Shown here one piece after another: positions 21,597-31,381 of a DNA stretch of 64,000 nucleotides. Below the pieces are notes generated by a model that was not told the DNA's origin, made no database searches, and worked only from the letters and a program-made list of their open reading frames with translations. Origin of the DNA: Acidimicrobiia bacterium (GTDB taxonomy: Bacteria > Actinomycetota > Acidimicrobiia > Spongiisociales > ZC4RG35); NCBI GenBank assembly GCA_965216445.1, contig OZ244166.1, forward strand, positions 658,688-722,687, written 5' to 3'. Position 1 is the stretch's first letter. Each line of letters starts with the position of its first letter. The position numbers were made by a program, and so were the translations under genes.

Positions 21597-22871
21597 GTGG
21601 TTGTCCTTCTCGTCTTGCTCAATGCGTTCTTCGTTGCCGGCGAGTTCGCCATCGTCAGCGTGGAGCGAAGCGCTGCCGCGCGGCGCGCCGAAGAGGGCGA
21701 GAGAATGGCGCAGCGAATCCTGCACTCGCTGCGTAATCTCTCCTTCGAGCTCTCCGGCGCTCAACTCGGCATCACGATTACCTCACTGGTTCTCGGTGCG
21801 GTAGCCGAGCCAGCCATCGCGGCCGTGCTCCAGCCATGGGTGGAGAGGTTTCCCGCCCTGGAAGGGAGTTCGACAGCTATCGCTTTAACTGCTGCCTTCA
21901 TACTCGCCACCGGAGGCCAGATGGTGTTCGGCGAGTTGGTCCCCAAGAACCTCGCCATCTCACGACCCTGGTTCTCCGCGGTCTGGTTCGGGGTCCCCAT
22001 GCAATACGTCAACCGCCTGCTTCGTCCTCTGATCCTCTTCCTCAACGCGTCTGCAGACTGGACCGTGCGAAAGCTTGGGATTGAGCCGCGCGACGATCTG
22101 GCTGGGGTCCGGTCCATGGAAGAGCTTGAGTTGATGATCCGTTCCTCGGGCGAGGAAGGTCGCCTTGATGAAGAAGAGCTCGTTTTGCTCACCAGGGCGC
22201 TCGCTTTCACTGAGATGGTGGCGAGCGAGGCGATGATTCCGCGCGTCAACCTGGTGGCTCTCGGGGCCGATGACTCGGTCGAAGACATGCGGCGCGTGTC
22301 AAGAGAGTCGGGACACTCCCGGTTCCCCGTATATGGCGGGGATCTCGACAACGTGGTCGGAGTGGCCCACATCAAGGACACCGCCGAGATGGCCTTCGCC
22401 GACCTGTCAACCAGGAAAGTGGCGGAACTGGCTCAACCCGCCCTGGAAGTCCCGGAGACGAGCTCCCTAGAGTTCGTGTTGGGAGAGTTGCGCACCTCAG
22501 GGAAGGGGATGGCAATCGTCGTCGACGAGTACGGCGGCACCGCCGGCATCGTCACTCTCGAAGACCTTCTAGAAGAGATTTTCGGCGAGATCGAGGACGA
22601 GCACGACCTGGGTTGGTCGGACGCCTCTGAAGAGGACTCGCCAATACTCTCCGGACTGCTTCATCGCAACGAGGTCGAGGAGTCGATCGGTTTCAGCTGG
22701 CCTGAGGGTCGCTACGAGACCTTAGGTGGGTTCATCATCTCTCGGCATGGCCGATTCCCCGAGGTAGGCAACGTGGTGGTCGAGGGCGATCTCGCCTTCG
22801 AGGTGGTAGAGATGGACGGTCTGCGCGTTGACCAGGTTCGGGTGACTCGCATCAAGGAGAGCGATCGATGA
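21597..22871 (+). CDS. CNNM/HlyC-CorC family protein (DUF21 + CBS pair + CorC_HlyC)
   Basis: LLNAFFVAGEFAIVS DUF21 opening, CBS pair, C-terminal transporter-associated domain. The GTG start truncates the first TM helix, so the true start may be a non-canonical codon upstream. Confidence 0.8.
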   Translation: MVVLLVLLNAFFVAGEFAIVSVERSAAARRAEEGERMAQRILHSLRNLSFELSGAQLGITITSLVLGAVAEPAIAAVLQPWVERFPALEGSSTAIALTAAFILATGGQMVFGELVPKNLAISRPWFSAVWFGVPMQYVNRLLRPLILFLNASADWTVRKLGIEPRDDLAGVRSMEELELMIRSSGEEGRLDEEELVLLTRALAFTEMVASEAMIPRVNLVALGADDSVEDMRRVSRESGHSRFPVYGGDLDNVVGVAHIKDTAEMAFADLSTRKVAELAQPALEVPETSSLEFVLGELRTSGKGMAIVVDEYGGTAGIVTLEDLLEEIFGEIEDEHDLGWSDASEEDSPILSGLLHRNEVEESIGFSWPEGRYETLGGFIISRHGRFPEVGNVVVEGDLAFEVVEMDGLRVDQVRVTRIKESDR

Positions 22872-24178
22872 ATTGGTCAGCGCTGGTATGGCTGGTCGTG
22901 CTGCTTCTGGCCAATGGCTTCTTCGTCGCCGCGGAATTCGCATACATCACGGCCCGCCGGAATGTGCTTCGAACACTGCCGGGGCGGTCGGCTCAGATCG
23001 CCGCTGGTCTCAGCGAAAACCTCTCGCTGAGCCTGGCTGGAGCCCAGCTAGGCATCACCATGGCTTCGCTGGTCTTGGGCGCAGTCGCCGAGCCGGCGAT
23101 TGCGGGGATGCTGGAGCTTGCCCTGGGATTTCTCAATCTCCCCGAGGCGACGCTCCATGCGATCGCTCTGGTCATAGCGCTGCTCATCGTGGTGTTCCTG
23201 CACATGGTGATAGGTGAGATGGCGCCGAAGAACATTGCAATTTCCAGCCCAGAAGCTTCGGCAGTAGCGATGGCACTTCCATTCCGCGCATACATCATTG
23301 TCTTCCGCCCCCTCATCGCAGTTCTCAACGGCATCGCCAACGGGGTGCTCCGTCTGTTCCGAGTTCAACCGGCCGACGCCCTGGAGATGGGCCATTCGGC
23401 CGACGACTTGGCAATCGTCATCAGCGCCGGTCGTAGCGAGGGGGTGATCGGCGACTTTGCGCACAACCTGCTGACGGGAGCGATCGATTTCTCGGAGAAG
23501 GATGCCTCAGATGTGATGACCCCCAGACCTGACGTCGTTTCGGGGCGAGCCGATGCGCCGGCCGAGTCCATCCTCGAACTCATGAAGCGCACCGGTTTCT
23601 CGCGCATCTTGCTCCATCCCGGTGATCTCGACGACTTGGTCGGCTTCGTCCACATCAAAGATCTACTCACTCTGTCAGCCGCGGACCTTGCAAAGCCCGT
23701 GGAGTCAGGCCTATTGAGGCAAGCGCTGGCTGTCCCGGAGTCGGCTCGGATCCAGTCGGTTTTGCAACGTATGCGGCGAGACCGGATTCATCTCGGGGTG
23801 GTCATCGATGAGCATGGCAGTGTTTCAGGTCTCCTCACGATGGAGGACGTCGCCGAGGAGCTAGTTGGAGAGATCACAGATGAACACGACGTCGATGTCG
23901 AGGACATCGAGACACTAGGCGATGAGGGCTACCTGGTCGCTGGTGGTGTCCGCATCGACGAGCTCGCTGAGATTGGTGTGCAGCTCCCCGATGGCGACTA
24001 CACGACAATCGGCGGCCTGCTCATGGAGCAACTCGGACGCATCCCTCGGAGGTTCGACACCGTTGAGGTCGAAGGTTGGGAATTGGCCGTGCGAGCGACG
24101 AGGGGCCGAAGGGTCAGTCAGGTACGGATCAAGACTGCCGAAACGGGGGCAGCGGAGCCGGTCAGCGACCCATCGTGA
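22868..24178 (+). CDS. CNNM/HlyC-CorC family protein, tandem paralogue
   Basis: Same architecture (LANGFFVAAEFAYIT...); ATGA overlap with the upstream paralogue. Confidence 0.8.
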   Translation: MNWSALVWLVVLLLANGFFVAAEFAYITARRNVLRTLPGRSAQIAAGLSENLSLSLAGAQLGITMASLVLGAVAEPAIAGMLELALGFLNLPEATLHAIALVIALLIVVFLHMVIGEMAPKNIAISSPEASAVAMALPFRAYIIVFRPLIAVLNGIANGVLRLFRVQPADALEMGHSADDLAIVISAGRSEGVIGDFAHNLLTGAIDFSEKDASDVMTPRPDVVSGRADAPAESILELMKRTGFSRILLHPGDLDDLVGFVHIKDLLTLSAADLAKPVESGLLRQALAVPESARIQSVLQRMRRDRIHLGVVIDEHGSVSGLLTMEDVAEELVGEITDEHDVDVEDIETLGDEGYLVAGGVRIDELAEIGVQLPDGDYTTIGGLLMEQLGRIPRRFDTVEVEGWELAVRATRGRRVSQVRIKTAETGAAEPVSDPS

Positions 24179-24716
24179 AGTATTCGGCGTTGGGCTGCAT
24201 ATCCGACAGCAGAGCGATGCGGTTGGAGAGCCCGTAAAGAGCGGCGATGGCGCCGATGTCCCAGATGTCCTCGTCGCTCAACCCGTGACTGTTCAACGCC
24301 TCGAGGTCGAAGGAACCAATCTCCTCGGGTCTCCGTGCCACCGTGACGGCAAAGTCGAGCATTGCTCGCTGTCGGTCAGTGATGGGAGCCGTGCGCCAAT
24401 TGGCCGCTATCCGGTCGGCAATTTCGGTGTCGCGCGCCCTGATCCGGAGGATTGCCCCATGCGCCACGATGCAGTAGAGACAGTCGTTGGCCGCGCTGGT
24501 GGCGACGATCACCATCTCCTTCTCGGCCTTGGACAATCCTGATTCTCTTTCGAGAAGTGCGTCGCTGTAATCCATGAATGCGCGCAACTCATCAGGTCTG
24601 TGACCCATGTTGAGGAAGACATTGGGGACGAAGCCGGTCTTTTCGGCAATGGGTCGAATGCGGTCTTGGAGGTCTTGAGGTAGGTCGTCGAGTGTGACGA
24701 TGGGATACCGACTCAT
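24162..24716 (-). CDS. carboxymuconolactone decarboxylase family peroxidase-related enzyme (AhpD-like)
   Basis: CLYCIVAHG (CxxC...H) AhpD-core motif. Confidence 0.75.
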   Translation of the reverse strand: MSRYPIVTLDDLPQDLQDRIRPIAEKTGFVPNVFLNMGHRPDELRAFMDYSDALLERESGLSKAEKEMVIVATSAANDCLYCIVAHGAILRIRARDTEIADRIAANWRTAPITDRQRAMLDFAVTVARRPEEIGSFDLEALNSHGLSDEDIWDIGAIAALYGLSNRIALLSDMQPNAEYFTMGR

Positions 24717-24901
24717 GAATCTTCACCTTTGTTATAGGCGCGGTCGGCCTCTTCCCACGCCTCGTTGCGTTCCTTGACTCTTTCAAGCGCTTTCTCGGCC
24801 TCGGCACGGCTGGGGAACGGTCCGATTCGGTCCATGATTCGACAGCCCAGCTTCTCCTCAACAGTCTTGTGCTCGATGCAGTAGTACCACTCTTCAGCCA
24901 T
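24713..24901 (-). CDS. small conserved hypothetical protein (62 aa)
   Basis: MAEEWYYCIEHKTVEEKLGCRIMDRIGPFPSRAEAEKALERVKERNEAWEEADRAYNKGEDS from the internal ATG; ATGA overlap with the downstream AhpD-like gene. Confidence 0.45.
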   Translation of the reverse strand: MAEEWYYCIEHKTVEEKLGCRIMDRIGPFPSRAEAEKALERVKERNEAWEEADRAYNKGEDS

Positions 24902-24980
24902 GACCAGAATGTAACCGTGTCGGGCGTGGCCGGTGGCACGCTGTCTCCAATGCGCTCTACGTCTCCTACACTCGGTGGCA

Positions 24981-25949
24981 ATGGCGACATTGCAGATAAC
25001 CAAACCCGGCGAGGTCCTTCCCGAGGCGGAAGTCGCCGCGCTTCAACCTCTGATAGACGACATCAATCGACTCAAAGTCGAACGCAATGCAATGGTTGCC
25101 GCTCACAACTACATGACGCCGGACATCTTTCACCTTGCCGCCGATTTCACCGGTGACTCGCTGGCACTGGCGTACTTGGCCAAAGAGACGGAAGCTGAGG
25201 TCATTGTCCTGGCAGGTGTTCACTTCATGGCGGAGACAGCGAAGTTGATCGCTCCTGAGAAGACGGTGCTGATCCCAGATCTTCAGGCGGGTTGCTCGCT
25301 TGCTGACGGAATCACTGGCGCCGACGTCCGTCGCATCAAGGAGCAATACCCCGACACGCCCGTGGTCACTTATGTCAACACTTCCGCTGAAGTCAAGGCC
25401 GAATCGACAATCACGTGCACGTCGGGCAATGCTGTGGCGGTTGTCGAGTCGCTGGGCGTGGATCGGGTGATCTTCACTCCGGACCAGTACCTGGGCAAGT
25501 GGGTTGCTTCCCAAACCGACGTCGAGATCATCAACTGGGAGGGTGCCTGCATGGTCCATGAGCGCTTCACCGGTGAGGAGATAGCTGCGCATCGGGAGGG
25601 TCTGGGTGGGATCCAAGTCATCGCTCATCCCGAGTGTCCGCCAGATGTCCTCGCGGAGGCTGATTATGTCGGGTCGACGCATGGGATGATCAATTGGGTC
25701 ACCAGCAACCAGCCCGATCGGGTGATGATGATCACCGAATGCTCGATGGCTGACAATGTCGCTTTGAGCACTCCAGACACCGAGTATGTGCGCCCTTGCA
25801 ATCTGTGTCCCCATATGAAGCGAATCACTCTCGACAACATCAGGACGTCGCTGGCGACCATGACCCATCAGGTCGAGATCGATCCCGATGTCGCATCCAG
25901 GGCGAGAACAGCCGTGGAGCGGATGCTTGCAGTCGGTCGCCAAGACTGA
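24981..25949 (+). CDS. nadA: quinolinate synthase
   Basis: Three Cys ligands and conserved NadA blocks (AHNYM, TSAEVKA, ECSMADN); ATG at 24981 (MATLQITKPG). Confidence 0.9.
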   Translation: MATLQITKPGEVLPEAEVAALQPLIDDINRLKVERNAMVAAHNYMTPDIFHLAADFTGDSLALAYLAKETEAEVIVLAGVHFMAETAKLIAPEKTVLIPDLQAGCSLADGITGADVRRIKEQYPDTPVVTYVNTSAEVKAESTITCTSGNAVAVVESLGVDRVIFTPDQYLGKWVASQTDVEIINWEGACMVHERFTGEEIAAHREGLGGIQVIAHPECPPDVLAEADYVGSTHGMINWVTSNQPDRVMMITECSMADNVALSTPDTEYVRPCNLCPHMKRITLDNIRTSLATMTHQVEIDPDVASRARTAVERMLAVGRQD

Positions 25950-25958
25950 ACCGACCAG

Positions 25959-27473
25959 ATGACTGACGTTACCCGCCTCGATGCCCCTTTGGTTGTGGGC
26001 GCCGGAGTCGCGGGCCTCACCGTGGCTCTGAGCCTCAAGAGGTCGTACGTCGTCGCCGCTCCGGAAATGGGTTCAACGTGGTGGGCTCAGGGTGGAATTG
26101 CCGCTGCGCTCTCTTCGGAAGATTCGCCGCTACAGCATGCCGAGGACACGGTCGCCGTGGGAGGTGGTCTTGTTGTCCAGAAGGCAGTTGAGGTTCTGAC
26201 GGCTGGTGGACCCGAGGCCATCCAAAGACTCACTGCAATGGGCGCAGAATTCGACCGAGGTGAAGACGGTCAGCTCCATCTTGGTCGTGAGGGCGGCCAC
26301 CAGACACGTCGTGTTGTCCACGCCGACGGCGACGCCACGGGGGCTGAAGTCATGCGTGCACTCAACAACGCCGTAGAGGGCGATACCTCGGTCCGCACTA
26401 TCTCGGCACGCGTAGTCGACCTTGTCGTGGCCGCCGGTCGGGTTGTTGGCGTCGTCATCGCTGATGGGAAGGAGCGCTCGGTTTTGCTGGCACCAGCCGT
26501 CGTCTTGGCAACTGGCGGTGCGGGACGGCTTTTTGCGAGGACCACCAATCCATTGGGTGTGACCGGAGATGGAATAGCTATGGCGGCCCGCGCCGGCGCG
26601 CGGTTGGCCGACCTCGAGTTCGTCCAGTTTCATCCCACGGCGCTACTGGCGGGGAAAGACCCGCTGCCACTCTTGACGGAGGCTCTGCGGGGCGAGGGTG
26701 CGCAGCTCGTGGATGCACATGGACGCCGTTTCATGGATCAATACCACTCGATGGCTGAACTGGCGCCGCGGGACATTGTCGCGAGGGCAATCTTCTGGCA
26801 ATACGACAAGGGTCTGGGTGCTTACCTGGACTGCACCTCGATATCCGACTTCTCCGAGAGGTTTCCCACCGTGTCGGCCCATGCCCACTCGGTCGATCTC
26901 GACCCAGGCACCGATCTTCTGCCTGTCTCGCCGGCAGCGCACTACTACATGGGAGGGATCGACGCGGACTTCCACGGTCGAACCTCGCTCCAAGGGTTGT
27001 GGGCAGTCGGCGAGTGCTCGTCTACCGGAGTTCATGGAGCCAACAGGCTTGCCTCGAATTCTCTGCTTGAGGGTCTGGTGTTCGGAGCGAAAGTAGCCCT
27101 TGATGTTGCAGACAACCAGGTCGACCCTGTCGGTGAGCTTTCCGCCCCTGCCGAAGCTTTTGATCTTCCGCTCATTGCCGGCCCCGCCCTCGAAGACGTG
27201 CGTCAGTTGATGTGGGACCGAGTGGGTCTCGTACGGATCGGGTCGGGTCTGTGGGATGCACGGAACGGCTTGATGGATCTGGAGTCAATCTTGCGTCGCA
27301 CGATCGCGGGGCGAGTGGCAGTTGAGTTGGCACTGATGATTGTGTTGGCCGCATTGCGGCGGAGCGAGTCACGCGGAGGTCACTATCGGGCGGACTATCC
27401 CGAACCCGACCCAATGCAGGCGCACCGCACTCTCGTCGACCCCCTACCCAGTGAGATGGTCCCGGTCGCATGA
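25959..27473 (+). CDS. nadB: L-aspartate oxidase
   Basis: VVGAGVAGL FAD motif; 504 aa; succinate dehydrogenase/fumarate reductase flavoprotein fold. Confidence 0.9.
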   Translation: MTDVTRLDAPLVVGAGVAGLTVALSLKRSYVVAAPEMGSTWWAQGGIAAALSSEDSPLQHAEDTVAVGGGLVVQKAVEVLTAGGPEAIQRLTAMGAEFDRGEDGQLHLGREGGHQTRRVVHADGDATGAEVMRALNNAVEGDTSVRTISARVVDLVVAAGRVVGVVIADGKERSVLLAPAVVLATGGAGRLFARTTNPLGVTGDGIAMAARAGARLADLEFVQFHPTALLAGKDPLPLLTEALRGEGAQLVDAHGRRFMDQYHSMAELAPRDIVARAIFWQYDKGLGAYLDCTSISDFSERFPTVSAHAHSVDLDPGTDLLPVSPAAHYYMGGIDADFHGRTSLQGLWAVGECSSTGVHGANRLASNSLLEGLVFGAKVALDVADNQVDPVGELSAPAEAFDLPLIAGPALEDVRQLMWDRVGLVRIGSGLWDARNGLMDLESILRRTIAGRVAVELALMIVLAALRRSESRGGHYRADYPEPDPMQAHRTLVDPLPSEMVPVA

Positions 27474-28306
27474 TCAACGAGTCGATGTATGAGGAGCTGG
27501 TGCATCTCGCTTTGGACGAAGACTTGGGAAGTGCCGGAGATCTGACAAGTGAGGCAACGATTGCCGAAGACGCTCAGGCGACAGCTGAGTTCGTCACGCG
27601 AAAGCCGGGGGTCGTCGCCGGCCTTGATGTAGCACGCTATGTATTCAGCACGTTTGACGACTCCATTGGGTTCGAGGCTGTGGTGGACGACGGCGTCCGT
27701 GTTGACGCCGGAGAGGTGATCGCCCGAGTGTCGGGCAACGCTCGTTCCATCCTGTCGGCCGAACGCACGGCGCTGAATCTTCTTGCCCGGATGTCCGGCG
27801 TTGCCACCCAGACGGCCCTCCTCGTTGAGGCTGTCGACGGCACGCAGGTTCGGATCGCCGATACCCGCAAGACAATGCCGGGGATGAGAGCTCTAGACAA
27901 ATACGCCGTTCGCATGGGTGGGGGGATGAACCACCGGTTTGGGCTACACGACGCCGTGATGATCAAGGACAACCACATCGCATCGGTGGGCTCGATCACC
28001 AAGGCGGTCGAGTCGGCGAGAGCCCATGTGGGCCACACCGTTGCTGTTGAGGTTGAGGTGGAGAATCTCGATCAGCTGGCTGAGTTGATCGAAACGGACA
28101 CCGACATCGTCTTGCTCGACAACATGGCTCCGTCGATGCTGAAAAAGGCTGTCGAGATGGTCGATGGACGGATGACAACTGAGGCCTCGGGTGGTGTGAC
28201 CTTGGCCACGGTCCGGGAGATCGCTGAAACCGGAGTCGACGTGATATCGGTTGGCTGGATCACCCACTCAGCTCCGCAACTCGATATCGGCCTCGACTTT
28301 CTGTAA
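27470..28306 (+). CDS. nadC: nicotinate-nucleotide pyrophosphorylase (carboxylating)
   Basis: QPRT motifs (ERTALNLL, DNHI, LLDNM). Confidence 0.9.
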   Translation: MINESMYEELVHLALDEDLGSAGDLTSEATIAEDAQATAEFVTRKPGVVAGLDVARYVFSTFDDSIGFEAVVDDGVRVDAGEVIARVSGNARSILSAERTALNLLARMSGVATQTALLVEAVDGTQVRIADTRKTMPGMRALDKYAVRMGGGMNHRFGLHDAVMIKDNHIASVGSITKAVESARAHVGHTVAVEVEVENLDQLAELIETDTDIVLLDNMAPSMLKKAVEMVDGRMTTEASGGVTLATVREIAETGVDVISVGWITHSAPQLDIGLDFL

Positions 28307-28358
28307 CCACTCTCGGCACTTTTAGAGGAATTGGCTGGACCAGTTACTCTCCAAGGTC

Positions 28359-29345
28359 ATGAGAAACCCCGTGAAAGTTGCCGTAACCGGCGCCGCCGGG
28401 CAGATCGGTTACAGCCTCCTATTCCGAATCGCATCCGGCGAAATGCTCGGTCCCGAACAACCGGTACAGCTCCAGATGCTCGAGATTCCACCGGCTCTGC
28501 CAGCACTAGACGGTGTGGCCATGGAGCTCGAGGATTGCGCTTTCCCATTGCTCGCGGGCATGGTCAAGACGGACGATCCCGAGGTTGCTTTCGGAGATGT
28601 GGACTTCGCCCTGTTGGTGGGCGCAATGCCTCGAAAGGCGGGTATGGAGCGCTCTGACCTCCTCTCCGCCAACGGTGCGATCTTCACCACCCAGGGAGAG
28701 GCGATCGCCTCTGCTGCCTCGTCTGATGTGAAGGTGCTTGTGGTGGGAAATCCCGCCAACACCAACAGCCTTATCGCCAAGGCCAATGCCAAGGGGATGG
28801 ACGCCGCCAACTTCACCGCGATGACACGACTCGACCACAACCGTGCCATGAGCCAGCTGGCCGGAAAGACCGGGAAGCCGGTCGACACGATTCGCAGAAT
28901 GACGATCTGGGGCAACCACTCCGCGACCCAGTACCCCGACCTGTTCCATTGTGAGGTCGATGGCCAAAACGCTTATGAGTTGGTGGATGACCACGATTGG
29001 GTAGACACCGAGTTCATTCCAACGGTGGCGAAGAGGGGAGCGGCGATCATCGCGGCACGGGGTGCCTCATCGGCGGCGTCGGCTGCCAATGCTGCCATCG
29101 ACCACATGCACGACTGGCTTATGGATACCCCTGACGGAGACTGGGTTTCGATGGGGGTCCCGTCGGATGGTTCTTATGGCGTTCCCGAGGGTCTGATCTC
29201 GTCATTCCCGTGTATCACCAGGAACGGAAAGTGGGAGATCGTCCGTGGCTTAGAGATAGACGATTACTCCAGGGCAAAGATCGACGCCTCCGTCGCTGAG
29301 CTCGTCGCCGAACGGGACGCGGTGATGGAGCTAGGTCTTATCTGA
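28359..29345 (+). CDS. mdh: malate dehydrogenase (LDH-like type 2)
   Basis: [28 protein letters not shown] and IWGNHS motifs. Confidence 0.9.
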   Translation: MRNPVKVAVTGAAGQIGYSLLFRIASGEMLGPEQPVQLQMLEIPPALPALDGVAMELEDCAFPLLAGMVKTDDPEVAFGDVDFALLVGAMPRKAGMERSDLLSANGAIFTTQGEAIASAASSDVKVLVVGNPANTNSLIAKANAKGMDAANFTAMTRLDHNRAMSQLAGKTGKPVDTIRRMTIWGNHSATQYPDLFHCEVDGQNAYELVDDHDWVDTEFIPTVAKRGAAIIAARGASSAASAANAAIDHMHDWLMDTPDGDWVSMGVPSDGSYGVPEGLISSFPCITRNGKWEIVRGLEIDDYSRAKIDASVAELVAERDAVMELGLI

Positions 29346-29384
29346 AGCGAGGTCTTTTTGAGGCTTGGTCCTGTTTGAAATTGG

Positions 29385-29418
29385 GGTCGCCGGTGAGACT
29401 TGCGGTTCACCGACGACC
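29385..29418. terminator. bidirectional hairpin between convergent mdh and yciI-like genes
   Basis: ggtcgccggtga / tcaccgacgacc 12-bp stem with one mismatch and a 9-nt loop. Confidence 0.5.
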
Positions 29419-29431
29419 CTGAAAGGTCGGC

Positions 29432-29800
29432 CTATTCCTCGAATTCGATGCAGGGCCGCACCTCGACGCGTCCGTGCCATGCACCCGGGATCTTCTGAGC
29501 CCACTTGAGGGCTTCGTCCAAGTCGGCACAGTCGAGCAGGTAGAAGCCACCCAGGACTTCCTTGGTTTCGGCGAATGGACCGTCGGTGAACACCGCATCA
29601 CCACCTTTGCCGCCGTCGACCTTGATGGTCGTTGCCGAGGAAGTGTCATGGAGTGCCTCGCCACCGGCGATGACCCCAGCGGCACCGGCCTCTTCTCCGA
29701 ATGCCGTGTATTCGGCCATGATGTTTTGCATCACATCGGGCGGGACGTCCATTCCCTCTGTCTCGGCTGGGGAGTAGATCAGGGCTGCGTACTTTGGCAT
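29432..29800 (-). CDS. YciI family protein
   Basis: MPKYAALIYSP... Dabb/YciI-like fold signature; 122 aa. Confidence 0.65.
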   Translation of the reverse strand: MPKYAALIYSPAETEGMDVPPDVMQNIMAEYTAFGEEAGAAGVIAGGEALHDTSSATTIKVDGGKGGDAVFTDGPFAETKEVLGGFYLLDCADLDEALKWAQKIPGAWHGRVEVRPCIEFEE

Positions 29801-29878
29801 CTTGTCTCCTTGTCTTGTGACGCCTTACAACAATATGACGTTCGGGCCTCCCACGTTTCGACAACGAGGAACGAAAAA

Positions 29879-29900
29879 GCCGGAGTCGCGTGACTCCGGC
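29879..29900 (-). terminator. rho-independent terminator downstream of the SCP2 gene
   Basis: gccggagtc-gcgt-gactccggc perfect 9-bp stem, followed on the minus strand by a TTTTT run. Confidence 0.65.
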
Positions 29901-29955
29901 CTTTCTTTGCGAGGATGCCGCCACTATTGGCGGTGTTTTCCTAAGAAACGATTGT

Positions 29956-30339
29956 TTAGAACTCGACGTCCATGTCGGATACGGCAGCGCTCCATTGCTG
30001 GATTGCCGACTGGTGCATCATCAGCTTGGCGAGGTTGCCAGAGACCTTGAGTTTGCCGGTCATGAATGCGGTTTGGGTGTTGAGCTCACCCTTGGCGATT
30101 GCGGCCGCAGTGTCGTAATTCTGCTTGACGGTTACATCGGCACCTTCAAGGGTTCCTAGGGCCAGACTCGCGTTTCCACCCGATGTCGACAGGTAGTAAT
30201 CGACTTCGCCATCGGGAGCGTCGGTGGTGTTGAACTGGATCCCGAGGTCGGCGGCGCCAATGGCGTTCTTGAAGCCTTCGTGATCGTTCAGCGCGGCGGT
30301 GGCCTCGTTGGCCCATTCCTCACTAAGAAACTTGGACAT
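29956..30339 (-). CDS. SCP2 sterol-binding domain protein
   Basis: MSKFLSEEWANEATAALNDHEGFKNA...KLKVSGNLAKLMM, the SCP-2 pattern. Confidence 0.65.
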   Translation of the reverse strand: MSKFLSEEWANEATAALNDHEGFKNAIGAADLGIQFNTTDAPDGEVDYYLSTSGGNASLALGTLEGADVTVKQNYDTAAAIAKGELNTQTAFMTGKLKVSGNLAKLMMHQSAIQQWSAAVSDMDVEF

Positions 30340-30423
30340 GTCTTCCCTTTCACAGTGGATTGCAGAACGCGATGTTAGCTGGAAGGACGAAGTTTGAGTA
30401 ATCACTCAAAAGGGACGAACCAA

Positions 30424-30480
30424 AACCGTTCTGTGAGGGTCTACGCCGTGCCAGGCGGACCAGACCTTCACAGAACGGTT
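30424..30480 (-). terminator. long hairpin abutting the dapA-like stop codon
   Basis: 18-bp stem aaccgttctgtgagggtc / gaccttcacagaacggtt with one mismatch; the stop codon sits in the base of the stem. Confidence 0.45.
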
Positions 30481-31329
30481 AGATGAGCTTGGCGATTGAG
30501 GTCTCGTGACCTCGAGAGAGTCTCGTCAGCGGTAGGCGGGGATGTCCTGGTTCCAGGCCTGCCGCTTTTGCCGCGGCTTTGACGCCGGGGAGACCGTGCG
30601 CTTCGACGTCGGCGCTGATAGCGCTGAGTTTCTTCTGGAGACGGCGCGCTGACGACGGATCCTCTTTCGCTTTTCGCATGACCTCCTGGACCAGGTCGGG
30701 TAAATAGTTGCCGGAGCCGGTGATGGCGCCGTGGCAGCCGATCGCCATTGCTGCGGTGAGGGCACGTGAAGACCCGGAGTAGAGGATGAAGTCACGCGGT
30801 GTCGCGTCGATCAACCCCTGGAGTCGGACCACGTCGCCGGAGGAGTCTTTCATCCCGACGATGTTGGGATGGCGTGCCAGCTTGGCAACTACCGGGATTG
30901 GCAAGTTGTATGCGGTCATCGGTGGCACCGAGTACAGGAACACAGGGAGCTTCGACCGGTCCGCAATCGTCCTGTAGTGGGTCAACATCGCCTCGTCCTG
31001 CCCCTCGCCGATGCGGTAGGCGTAACCACCAGAATCGAGTCGGCTTTGCCCTCTTCGGCCTCTGCGACCTGGCTGAGTGCCATCCGGGTTGACTCCCCAG
31101 CGATCCCCATCATGAGGTGCGCTTTGCGACGACGGACCGACTTGACCAGTTTCAGTCGCTCACCGGGCTCGAGGTAGGGGCCTTCTCCGTTGGAGCCTCC
31201 GATCAAAAAGCCAGTCATACCGGTTTCGGCGAGATGGCGCACGTTGCCTCGGAAGGCTTTGGTGTCGACACCGCCGCGACTCGTGAACGGGGTCACCAGC
31301 GCCGGCATGTAATGGGGTGGGTTGGTCAT
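30479..31329 (-). pseudogene. dihydrodipicolinate synthase (DapA/HTPA synthase) family gene with a single-base frameshift near 31016-31020
   Basis: N-terminal frame ALVTPFT...GFLIGGSNGEG...ADSILVVTP, then an out-of-frame stop. The adjacent frame continues Y(A)YRIGEGQDEAMLTHYRTIADRSKLPVFLYSVP...NIVGMKDSSGD (catalytic Lys region). The two pieces align with DapA with zero length gap if one nucleotide is restored. Confidence 0.75.
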
Positions 31330-31381
31330 CCGCTGATTATCGCTCCAACGGAAAGGAAACGATGGTTACGGGCTCGAGAGC

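Noticed and set aside
24902-24980. Riboswitch or leader upstream of nadA
   Set aside because: Only ~80 nt with no recognisable conserved structure; nothing supportable by eye
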